A stretch of DNA of 64,000 bases from NCBI GenBank assembly GCA_964016885.1, contig OZ024742.1:127596001-127660000 (forward strand), given 5' to 3'. The DNA is from Eledone cirrhosa (Eukaryota). A model generated the notes under the pieces. It did no database searches, was not told the origin of the DNA, and worked only from the letters and a program-made list of their open reading frames with translations. The position numbers and the translations under genes were made by a program. This document shows positions 51,679-62,200 of this stretch, in pieces. Each line of letters starts with the position of its first letter. Positions within the stretch are counted from its first letter, which is position 1.

Positions 51679-51799
51679 GGAAGACATGATATGAAGGTTA
51701 AAAAACACTTGTGAATAGTGCAGTTTTAAATAAACATATATGTTGATATATTGATTTAAAACTGCACTATGTTGATTTAAAACTGCACTATTCACCTCC

Positions 51800-51834
<35 letters not shown>

Positions 51835-52047
51835 CGTTTCTGAATTTGTTTAGCAAGATTCTTTATCTGAAATCGTGTGTTGAAACCGATATTGTTATAC
51901 TTTGGGAGGGTCATGTTGCCAATAAGAAACACACGCACCAGTTGCTTTCACTTCAATTTAATTTAATATATATTTATAAATTTACAAATTTATAAATTTC
52001 TGGTTGGTTGGTTGGTTCCACAACCAGATAGTTGTTTATATATATAT

Positions 52048-52092
52048 AGTCATAGTTCTTTCGTCACACACTCTGTGACCTCTTCAGTGACT
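52048..52092 (-). ncRNA. Minimal type-I hammerhead (family A)
   Basis: AGUCA-CUGAAGA-G-GUCACA gagug UGUGAC-GAAA-gaac-UA-UGACU. Confidence 0.75.
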
Positions 52093-52182
52093 GGGGATTT
52101 CTTTCTTCGTTTCTGTGCCTTTCCTTTCTTCTGGCGTAGGATAGAAGAAAGGAAAGGCACAGAAACGAAGAAAGAAATCCCC

Positions 52183-52227
52183 AGTCACTGAAGAGGTCAC
52201 AGAGTGTGTGACGAAAGAACTATGACT
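52183..52227 (+). ncRNA. Minimal type-I hammerhead (family A)
   Basis: Mirror copy of 52048-52092 with intact core. Confidence 0.75.
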
Positions 52228-52402
52228 ATATATATATAAACAACTATCTGGTTGTGGAACCAACCAACCAACCAGAAATTTATAAATTTGTAAATTTATA
52301 AATATATATTAAATTAAATTGAAGTGAAAGCAACTGGTGCGTGTGTTTCTTATTGGCAACATGACCCTCCCAAAGTATAACAATATATATATATATATAT
52401 AT

Positions 52403-52998
52403 ATTATTCATAGCTTGCAATGCTTTCAGAATGAAAATATAAACAGAGCATATAAATAAATTTACAGTAGAATAACATAACAAATATGTTTTAAATATAT
52501 ACATAAATAACATTACAAATGCTTAGATAACATTAGAAATTGCTCGTGATTCATTCAGAAAGATATATTCTTTTAATGTTACAATATTAAAGAAAATGTA
52601 AAGTAAGGGGTGAGCAACGGAGCCACAACCAGAGCAAAAGACAGCAACGTTGCGAGGAGTACTGGGCAACCTCTCTAAAGGTTTTTGAGGCAAGCCAGCA
52701 CACTCGCAGCGTTGCCTCGAGTGATGGCGAGGCTGATGCGCTGAAACAGCCAAGCGCCGTCGCTAGATTCGCCAGTTACCTCTATTAGGCGAGCCCCCAG
52801 CGAGGAAAGGAACCTCGTAGTCAGCGGCCCGACTCTCCCAAACGTCTCGAAAGCCACAGGTTGAAAAATGTAGCTGGCCGACAGATCAGAGTATTTGAAG
52901 GTCTTAATCCGCTCGGCTGCGGAAGCTGTGGCTCTCGTCCCAACCGCAACCTCCAGTATGTGGGAAAGAGCAAAAGAGTCACTAACAGTGACGTCCCA
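52403..52998 (-). mobile_element. CRE-like 5'-truncated copy
   Basis: WDVTVSDS...FQPVAFETFG...FQRISLAITRGNAASVLACLKNL* plus 3' UTR. Confidence 0.88.
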
Positions 52999-53236
52999 GT
53001 ATATATATAACATGCGAAAAACTACACAAGCAACAACAATCAGAGACAAAAAAAAATAATTTTTTTAGTATTCGGAAAAAAGAAAAAAGTTTGCCTTAAT
53101 CACATACACGCACTCAAATACATTCACACACACACACATATATATATACTCAAACGCACACAATTACATAGAAAATATAAAAACCACACATACAAAAAAT
53201 ATAAACATTTTTGTGGAATTTGGTCTCTTTACTTAC

Positions 53237-53261
53237 AGATTTGCAGGTAAATTATCGACAT
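53237..53261 (-). CDS. Coding exon 1 of amino-acid-permease-like gene (MSIIYLQI)
   Basis: ATG at 53261-53259 with an upstream in-frame TAA; ends at a GTAAGT donor in phase 1 and joins exon 2 to give ...YLQIYFVSIACILGTGILG. Confidence 0.7.
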
Positions 53262-53982
53262 GAATGATGACTGGTTTAGAAGAACTAGTTAATATGAAAA
53301 ATTCTAGTTAGATATAGCTCGTTATGTTTTTGTATACGTACGATCTGACGGTGGGTGAAAGGTTATGGTATTAGCTCCGGTTCATATAAACGATAAAATA
53401 AAATATAAATCAATCATCAATCTGTTGCCATAACCTGTGTTTAAGTTAAAAAATCGTTATTTTAACCAACAGCCTACTTTCCAATTCAACAATGTGTTCA
53501 TTCCCACATACATGTTTACACGCACTTTCCCTCTCTTTCTCTATCACCTCTATTTGTTCATTTATTTCTTTGTTGATGTTGTTTAGACCCATGACAGCCC
53601 TGGTCAAATAAATCTATGACTCAAGGAGGAATGGTGCCAGAACATTTTAAAAACAAATAGTTTTTTAACAGCTGATATGAAATATAATTTAACTGATAAA
53701 GATTAAACACCAAATACGGTAACAATTAAATAACATTACAAATCGTTTGCAATTCTTTCAGAATGATGAACAGATTCGTTAGGTTTTTTTTTTTTTTGTT
53801 TTTGCACATATTGTAATATTCAATAAAATTTTGTTCTATTTAGGACAAGTTTTATGTGAAGGCATGGCTTCAATTAAGTTATCGACAGGGGCCCAATTTA
53901 TTGACTTCATCGCAGTGGAAACTGATCTCAAGCTGGCGAACGACAAGGAAGAAAGATAAAGGAAGACATCATGTTATTCAGA

Positions 53983-54558
53983 ACAATCTGGGTTGTCCAG
54001 AAATGACGGCAAAAGAACTGACGGCCTTACCCTGTGCTCCTGGTCGAGAGGCAGGTGCCTTGTCTGGGACGTCACTGTTAGTGACTCTTATGCAATTTCC
54101 CACATACTGGATGCTGCGGTTAGGACGAAAGCCACAGCTTCCGCAGCCGAGCGGAGTAAGACCCTCAAATACTGTGATCTGTCGGCCAGCTACATTTTTC
54201 AGCCTGTGGCTTTCGAGGCGTTTGTGGGAGTCGGGCCGCTGACTGCGAGGTTCCTCTCTTCACTGGCGGCTCGCCTAATAGAGGTAACTGGCGAATATCG
54301 CGACGGCGCTTGGCTGTTCCAGCACATCAGCCTCCCTATACTCGAGGCAACGCTGCGAATGCGCTGGCTTGCCTCAAAAACCATTAGAGAGGTTGCCCAG
54401 TACTCCTCGCAACGTTGCTATCTTTTGCTCTGGTGTTGGCTCGGTTGTTCACCCCTTCCTTTACATTTTCTTTAATATTGTAACATTAAAAGAATATATC
54501 TTTCTGAATGAATCGCGAACAATTTATAATGTTATCTAAGCATTTGTAATATTATTTA
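53983..54558 (+). mobile_element. CRE-like 5'-truncated copy, with its 3' UTR split by the LTR element
   Basis: DGKRTDGLTL...WDVTV...; the UTR resumes at 58638. Confidence 0.88.
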
Positions 54559-57500
54559 TGTGGGTATGGTGTGGCGTGCGGTGGGCTGAGGCGGGGGAGT
54601 GCTCGACCGGAAGGGTGTGTGGCGTGCGGTGGCCGGAGGAGTGTCGACCGGAAGAGTGTTTTGGCCGGAAGGATGCTCGACCGGAAGGGCCAGCAGAGGG
54701 CCTCTCTCTAGTGGTGACCAGCAAACGGTGTGGACGCGAGTTTTGGGCAGCTCCCGGTGTTACGCAGTTGGAGGCACGTGGAAGAGGAGTAACCTGCAGT
54801 GGAATTTAGCAGCGCCGGTGAAAAGCGGTAAGTGAGATAGCTTTTTCTAACCACAAGCTATTTCGGCGACTCAGGACACCTGGCAGCGAAATGGTGAAAG
54901 GGAGGCAACCTCGGCACGCGGCCGTCCGCGTGCGTTTAGAGGGCGCTGTTTTCGGTGCCAGGGCCCGCACATGGCTAGAGACTGTAGAGTCGAAGCCGGA
55001 GATAATTTGCTACCGGTGTAAGCGACCAGGCCACATCGCTACTAACTGCGACCAGGGAAACGATCCAAGGGGAACTACTGCGCCGGTAGTTGCCCCTTAC
55101 GAGTAGCGGCGCTGCCTGTGGTGGAAGTCTTCGTGAGGGGGAAGCCACAGCGAGCCCTCTTGGATACGGGCTGTACGACGACACTGGTGACCGCGGGGGT
55201 GGCGCAGAGGTGGGGAGGGAAGAGCAGCGTAAGGGCAGTCGACGGCAGGAAAATTGAATGCCGAGGTCGCAGCGAGATGGAAATAGCGGTACGGGGAAGG
55301 AGGATAAGGCTTTCCGCCATCGTGGAGGATGGGATCGGCGTGGTTATGGGCATGGACGCGATTAGCCGTCTAGGGGGCGTCACGGTGAACAATGTCGGTG
55401 TGTCGTTTGACGCCTCTGCATCGGTATGCGCTGTGAGTGCACGTCATGAGAACCAGAAGGCCCACGAGGAGGAATACCCCGCTTACACTGTACAGGACAA
55501 AGACTTCAAGGCCGTGTTTGATGGGCAGCAATGTGTTGTTGAGTGGTACTGGAAGGGAGAACCACCAACACTGAAGACCAAAGTGGGCTGCTATCAACAC
55601 ACATTGAAGGGAAACGCGAGGAGCGAGTTCGAGCGAGAAGTAGAGAGAGATGGATCGAAGAGGGCATACTGCTTCCCTGGAAGGAGGAGGTGAAGTGCGG
55701 AGTATTGCCGTTGATGGCGGTGGTGCAACCCACGAAGAGCAAGGTGAGGCCGGTGCTGGACTATCGGGAGCTGAACGAGCACGTGTCATGCCACACGGGT
55801 GGCGAGGTCACGGATGTCTGTGGGGAAACCCTGCGTGAGTGGAGACGCATGACGGGGGGTTTAGCGATCGTGGATCTAAAGTCGGCTTACTTGCAGTTGC
55901 ATATAGATGAGAAGCTCTGGCGGTATCAGCTGGTCAGGTATAAGGGCCGGACATATTGCCTGAACAGGCTCGGTTTCGGGCTGAGCTCCGCACCGAAGAT
56001 CATGGCGGCGGTCCTCAAGACCGCTCTGGGGAGGGCCGACAAGATAAAGAGGGCTACTAACTCCTATATTGACGACATCCTAGTGGACGAGTCGGTGGTA
56101 TCAACGGCGGAGGTCTCGAGCCATTTACGGAGGTATGGACTGACTGCGAAGCCATCAGAAGCATTGGAGGGAGGAGCCGCACTGGGACTTAGGCTACGGC
56201 GAGACAAGACGGGCGTTTTGGTATTCCAGAGGGGAAACGAAGTTCCGGAACTGGGCCCAAGTATGAATAGGCGGGAGCTTTTCTCGGTGTGTGGAAAGCT
56301 GGTGGGTCACTACCCGATCGCTGGGTGGCTCCGGACGGCATGCAGCTATGTCAAGAGACGAGCGGGAGGGGTGACAGAGTGGGACAGAGGACGGGAGGGT
56401 GAAGGCCGACGACCCAGTGCGGGGACGCTGGTACGTTCCCAAATCACAGAGCGGGACCGTATGGTGTGATGCCAGCAGCATAGCGCTGGGTGTCACGTTG
56501 GAGATAGGAGGTGTTGAGGTCGAGGATGCAGCCTGGCTTAGAAAGAAGGACGACTGCAGCCACATCAATGTGGCCGAGCTGGACGCGGTGTTGAGAGAGG
56601 TGAACCTCGCCCTGCGGTGGGGGCTGCGCACCATCGAGATACGCACCGACTCGGCTACTGTACTCGGATGGGTAAGATCAGTGCTCACCAGTGAGAAGAG
56701 AGTGCGAACGAGAGGCGCGGCGGAGATGCTGATAAAGCGCCGCCTGGGAACGTTAGGAGAGCTGGCCACCGAGTTCGACCTGAAGCTGAGCGTAGTGTTC
56801 GTGCCCTCAGAGAAAAATAGGGCGGACATCTTAACTAGAGTGAAGAAAGCCTGGATGGAAGCGCCGGAGGAGGTAGAGGATGAGATAGCTGCCGTGTGTC
56901 GGCTGACCAAGTTAGACCTGAAGGGGTTGCATGACATTCACCACATGGGGGTGGATAGGAGCCTGTTCCTAGCCAGGAGAATCGACTTGGACGTTAGCAG
57001 ACACAGTGTTCGCGGGGTGGTTAGAGGCTGCGTCCGATGTCAGTCCATTGATCCCGCCCCGGGTGTACGGGAAACGGGAAGCCTCCCGGTGGATCGCGAC
57101 TGGAAGCGATTAGCGGTGGATGTGACGCACTACCGGCAGGGAACGTACCTCTCGATGGTCGACTGTGGACCAGGTCGAATGGCGATATGGAGGGAGATGA
57201 GGACTGGAATGGGCGAGGAAATCGTGTGGACGTTGAGGGAGGTGTTCTTGGAGCGGGGCCCTGTGGATGAACTGCTGATGGACAACAGCGCAGCGTTCCG
57301 CTCGGAGGCACTGAGGGAGATGCTCGATGGATGGAAGGTGGACCATTTCTTCAGAGCGGCGCACAGGCCGAGCGGGAATGGAATCGTGGAGCGACACCAC
57401 CGGACGATCAAGGCAATGGCAGAGCGGGGCCATATCTCACCAATGGAGGCAGTGTTCTGGTACAACATGTCCCGTCGGGTTGGACAGGTCGAGGAATCGG

Positions 57501-58637
57501 TGCCACACAGAGCAGTATTCAAATACGAGTGGCGGCACCCGTGCACGCCACCACAACGGCCAGTGGGGAGAGAGAGTGCATTCGTGCAGGTGGACGAAGA
57601 AGTCAGGGTTAAGCCCCCAGATGCACGTTGCACATCTCAATGGGGAAGGGGAACGGTGACGGCCGTAAATTCAAAGAACAATGTGTCCGTGGACGGAGTA
57701 CCACGTCATGTCCTGGATGTAAGAAGAATCACTGTATCGACGGACTCCGAGGAAGAGGAAACCCAAGATGAGGTGGAACCCAGAGCTCTGCCCCAATACT
57801 ACGAAGATTGCAACGAAGTCGTAGACCACCGACCTGGACAGCAGAAATTGATCCTTGAGATCAGGGGGGCGTGTGGCGTGCGGTGGCCGGAGGCGGGGGA
57901 GTGCTCGACCGGAAGGGTGTGTGGCGTGCGGTGGCCGGAGGCGGGGGAGTGCTCGACCGGAAGGGTGTGTGGCGTGCGGTGGCCGGAGGCGGGGGAGTGC
58001 TCGACCGGAAGGGTGTGTGGCGTGCGGTGGCCGGAGGCGGGGGAGTGCTCGACCGGAAGGGTGTGTGGCGTGCGGTGGCCGGAGGCGGGGGAGTGCTCGA
58101 CCGGAAGGGTGTGTGGCGTGCGGTGGCCGGAGGCGGGGGAGTGCTCGACCGGAAGGGTGTGTGGCGTGCGGTGGCCGGAGGCGGGGGAGTGCTTGACCGG
58201 AAGGGTGTGTGGCGTGCGGTGGCCGGAGGCGGGGGAGTGCTCGACCGGAAGGGTGTGTGGCGTGCGGTGGCCGGAGGCGGGGGAGTGCTCGACCGGAAGG
58301 GTGTGTGGCGTGCGGTGGCCGGAGGCGGGGGAGTGCTTGACCGGAAGGGTGTGTGGCGTGCGGTGGCCGGAGGCGGGGGAGTGCTCGACCGGAAGGGTGT
58401 GTGGCGTGCGGTGGCCGGAGGCGGGGGAGTGCTCGACCGGAAGGGTGTTTTGGCCGGAAGGATGCTCGACCGGAAGGGCCAGCAGAGGGCCTCTCTAGTG
58501 GTGACCAGCAAACGGTGTGGACGCGAGTTTTGGGCAGCTCCCGGTGTTACGCAGTTGGAGGCACGTGGAAGAGGAGTAACCTGCAGTGGAATTTAGCGGC
58601 GCCGGTGAAAGCGGTGAGATAGCTTTTTCTAACCACA
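54559..58637 (+). mobile_element. LTR retrotransposon (truncated gag, PR-RT-RH-IN), defective; LTRs 54559-54855 and 57872-58637
   Basis: TG...CA ends, 5-bp TSD ATTTA, PPT at ~57857-57871, CCHC knuckles, LLDTG, YIDD, DASS, HHCC/DDE integrase. Confidence 0.93.
57872..58447. repeat. 48-bp GC-rich tandem repeat x12 inside the 3' LTR
   Basis: TGTGGCGTGCGGTGGCCGGAGGCGGGGGAGTGCTCGACCGGAAGGGTG. Confidence 0.97.
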
Positions 58638-58651
58638 ATTTATGTATATAT

Positions 58652-59255
58652 TTAACTCTTTAATGTTCAAACCGGCCAGAATTCTCTAACTTTTTCTGTT
58701 GAAACTGGCTGTAACTGGTCGCTCAAACTGATGTTAAAGTATTGTTCTCAAAATAAATATGTAGCGACCCCTTAGGGCTGGAACTCAGAACGAATAAGAG
58801 TTGCATCCTTTTGTGACGGTCGTGACCCCTAGTGGCACATCCATGAACTAAATGGAGCTACGTCCCCATGGGGACTATATATTTGAGAGCTTGAGCCATA
58901 AGCTCTTTCACTTTCCACTCCTCGCTGAAGAGATGACTTCTGCCTATGAAGAAATGATTTCTGCTTTCTCTCCCTAGAGATAAATCCTGCCTATGAAGAG
59001 TTGACTAATGCATTCTCTCTTCTTTACATGCTCCCAACTACATTATCACGACACGTGGTAAAATCTTTCTATTGTTACATTATTGACTTCTGTGAAGTAA
59101 AAACATTGTACAAACACGCACCAGCCATTCTTATTCTTTTCAATATTGTTACAAGTAATATATACACTGATACTAACCTTCTAAAAATACTTTCAAAATC
59201 TCATAGATTCAATATTATGTGAGATAAAGCATTTACCATGAAAATATAATAGTAT
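58652..59255. mobile_element. piggyBac-type MITE interrupted by two LTR insertions
   Basis: 58652-58759 and 59186-59255 are collinear with 4771-4945. Confidence 0.75.
58760..59185 (+). mobile_element. Solo LTR related to the adjacent Gypsy LTR
   Basis: Starts TGTAG; AATA duplication on both sides; shares AATAAGAGTTGC.TCC.TTTGTGACGGT.GTGACCCCT with 59256-59615. Confidence 0.75.
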
Positions 59256-62200
59256 TTTAGAATGGGTGGTATTAGTAAACATATTTGTGTTACAATTGTA
59301 CAAAGAATAAGAATATCTGTGTGTGTTTATACTGATTTACTTCATAGAAGTGAATAATGAAACGTACATATATTTTACCTTTCATAGTGGGGAGGCTGGC
59401 GTCTTTTTAGGCTGTTGGTGAGTAGAGAATTTGCTCTGCTTTCTGGCGTGTTGTTAACGAAACTGCTGCGAAGCGTCAAAGAGAGAGAGAGTTGATCTTT
59501 CAGCCTCTTACTTATAGTGGCCAAGAGAACATAACTCCTTTTACCTCCTGTAGGTGACACCAGGGGTCACTACCGTCACAAAGGGACGCAACTCTTATTT
59601 TAGTTCTAATGAACAGTACCCTCCTCCAGACGATAGGCGAAAAGCTCGAAGGTAACTGTAGTGAATCCACAAGCATGGGATCCAAGCACAAGCATGAAAG
59701 AGTAACAAAAATTCAAAAAGTACATGCATACATAGTTCAATGAAAAAGCAAACAAAAAGGCTCCAGTGGCCAGTTCATATAAAAGAAAGTTTGGCAGAAT
59801 TTTGTTGGGCCAGTGGCCAGTTCATATGAAAAAAGTTTGGCCGAATTTTTTGAGCCAGTGGACTCTTCGACCGGAACGGGTCGTGGTCTTGTATGTAGGT
59901 GAAGGTGGTGCAGAAGTAGCAGGTGTGTGTGCGAAGGAGAAAGAGGAGGGCATTTGTGGCTCAGGTGTGTGAGCCCTCTTAAGTCTATCGATAGAAACTG
60001 TCTCTCTGGAACCCCCAGTGTCTACTGTGAAATGTTTATCAGTTTGGGCTAATACCCGGTAGGGTCCAGAGTACGGCTGTGTGAGAGGTCTCAGAGCATC
60101 GTTCCTCACGAACAGGTGGGTCCACGAAGCAATATCCCTCGGGACTGCAGTTTTTACAGTTTGTTTTCTCATGTCCATCAGCGGCAGGTCCTGGAAAAAC
60201 GAACGCAGACGGGACACGTAGGAAATCGGATCTTGTGTAGCAAGATTGACAGGGGCAAGCATTTGCCCAGGCAACGCTAGAGGAGCACCATACAATAATT
60301 CGGCCAGGGAGAACCCATGGTCCACCTTTATTGATGACTGGATCCCCAACAACACAATAGGGAGGTACTTGCTCCAACGCGTAGAGTCAGAAGAAGTCCG
60401 TAGAGCAGCTTTTAGTTGTCGGTGGAAACACTCCACCATTCCGTTAGATGCAGGATGATACAAAGTTGTTCGGATGCGTTTAGCACCCATGATCTTCGTT
60501 AATTCATAAAAGAGATTCAATTCAAACTGTCTTCCACGGTCCGTTGTAATCGTGGTTGTCACTCCAAAGCGGGCAATCCATCCTGATACTAGGGCACGCG
60601 CTGTCGTTTCAGCAGTGATGTCTTTTAAGGGGATGGCTTCAGGCCATCGCGAAAAACGATCAATAATAGTCACTAGATAAGTATGACCACCACTGACTGG
60701 CCAAGGTCCCACGATGTCCACATGAATGTGCCGGAAACGGGCGTCCGGTGTACTGAAAGTACCGAGCGGAGCCTTAACGTGTTTATGGATTTTCCTTTTC
60801 TGGCAAGCAATGCAGGAACAGCACCAAGCAGTAATATCGTGCCTCATATTTGGTCAGAAGAATCTGGCTGTTATGAGCTTTACTGTGGCAGAAGATCCTG
60901 GGTGGGAAAATGCTGTGTAAAGCAAGAAACACAGTATGACGATGGTTTAGCGGGACGAATGGTCTTGGTGAATCCAAGGAAACATCGCAGAGAATCTGTC
61001 CGTCTGCTGTGAGCAATGGCAAGTATTTCAAATTACTCGTCGCAAATTCGGCTGATGTAATATCCAACGATTCTAGTGCAGGTTGGTCTGCTGCCAAGTG
61101 ATTTAAATTGATGTCGTGGGATGACGCAATCGAACTGATCGGCAATCGAGACAGGGTGTCAGCCGTTGTGTTCAATAAGCCTGGAATGTGTTGGATGTCG
61201 TTTGTGAATTGTGAGATAAAGTTGAGATGCCTTGTTTCTCTGGGCGAGTACTTGTCGGACTTTGCCCTTAAAGCGAAGGTCAAAGGTTTATGGTCAGTAT
61301 AGATAAAAAAATACCTTCCTTTGAGCATATGTGAAAAATGTTTCACGGAAAGGTAGATGGCTAACAGCTCCTGAGTTTCTGCAGGCTTCAACTTCCTGGA
61401 GAAAAATTCCAATGGTTGTTGGTGATCGTCACTACTCTGTTGTAAGACTGCACCCACTTCAGTATCCGACGGATCAACACAAAACAAAAGCTTGGCATTG
61501 GACACTGGGTGGGCTAGCAAAGATGCACTAGCCAATGCTGATTTGGCTTTTTGAAAATCCTCGAGCTGAGTCTGAGTCAAAGAGATGTCCTTGTTCTTCT
61601 TGCGGTAATTTTTCAGAATCTCAGTAAGAGAGAAGAGTAGATTAGCACAATGCGGAACAAAACATCTATAAAAATTTATCAGTTCTAGGAATTGTCGCAA
61701 CTGACGAAGTGAGGTCGGCGGCGGCAAATCCTCTATAGCCTGAACTCGTTGAGGGAGGGGTCGAATACCCTCGGAGTCAATGACATGACCTAAAAAATTC
61801 AGTGATTCCGCACCAAAAACACATTTTGTGGGATTTATTTGAATACTGTAATCCTTGAGTTGATAAAACAAGATTCAAATGACGTTTCTCTGGAGGAACT
61901 AGCAATAAGCAGATCATCAATATAAGTGTAGACGAAGTCTAAACCACAAGTGACCTCATCCATGAACCGTTGAAAGGTGCTAGCAGCATTCCTAAGTCCG
62001 AAAGGCATGGTAAGAAATTCGAATGATCCAAATGGAGTCGTAATGGCCTTTTTCGGAATATCTTCTTTCTTGACAGGAATCTGATGATAAGCTCACACCA
62101 AATTGAGCTTTGAGAAAACTTTACATCCTTGCAACGACGATGCAAAATCTTGCAGGTGTGGAATAGGATATCTATCCGGGAGAGTTATAGCATTTAACTT

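Larger units (their letters stand above)
51832..52386. mobile_element. Near-perfect palindrome formed by two PLE family-A 3' ends
   Basis: Arms 51889-52132 and 52143-52386 with a 10-nt loop; same family as 19890-20203; flanked by (TA)n. Confidence 0.92.

Noticed and set aside
53864-53960. Short divergent + strand ORF (MASIKLSTG...)
   Set aside because: Only 31 codons, no donor site and no recognisable homology
57855-58596. Alternative-frame and antisense repeat ORFs, or a CRISPR-like array
   Set aside because: 48-bp tandem repeat without spacers; frames are open because of GC content and a unit length divisible by 3
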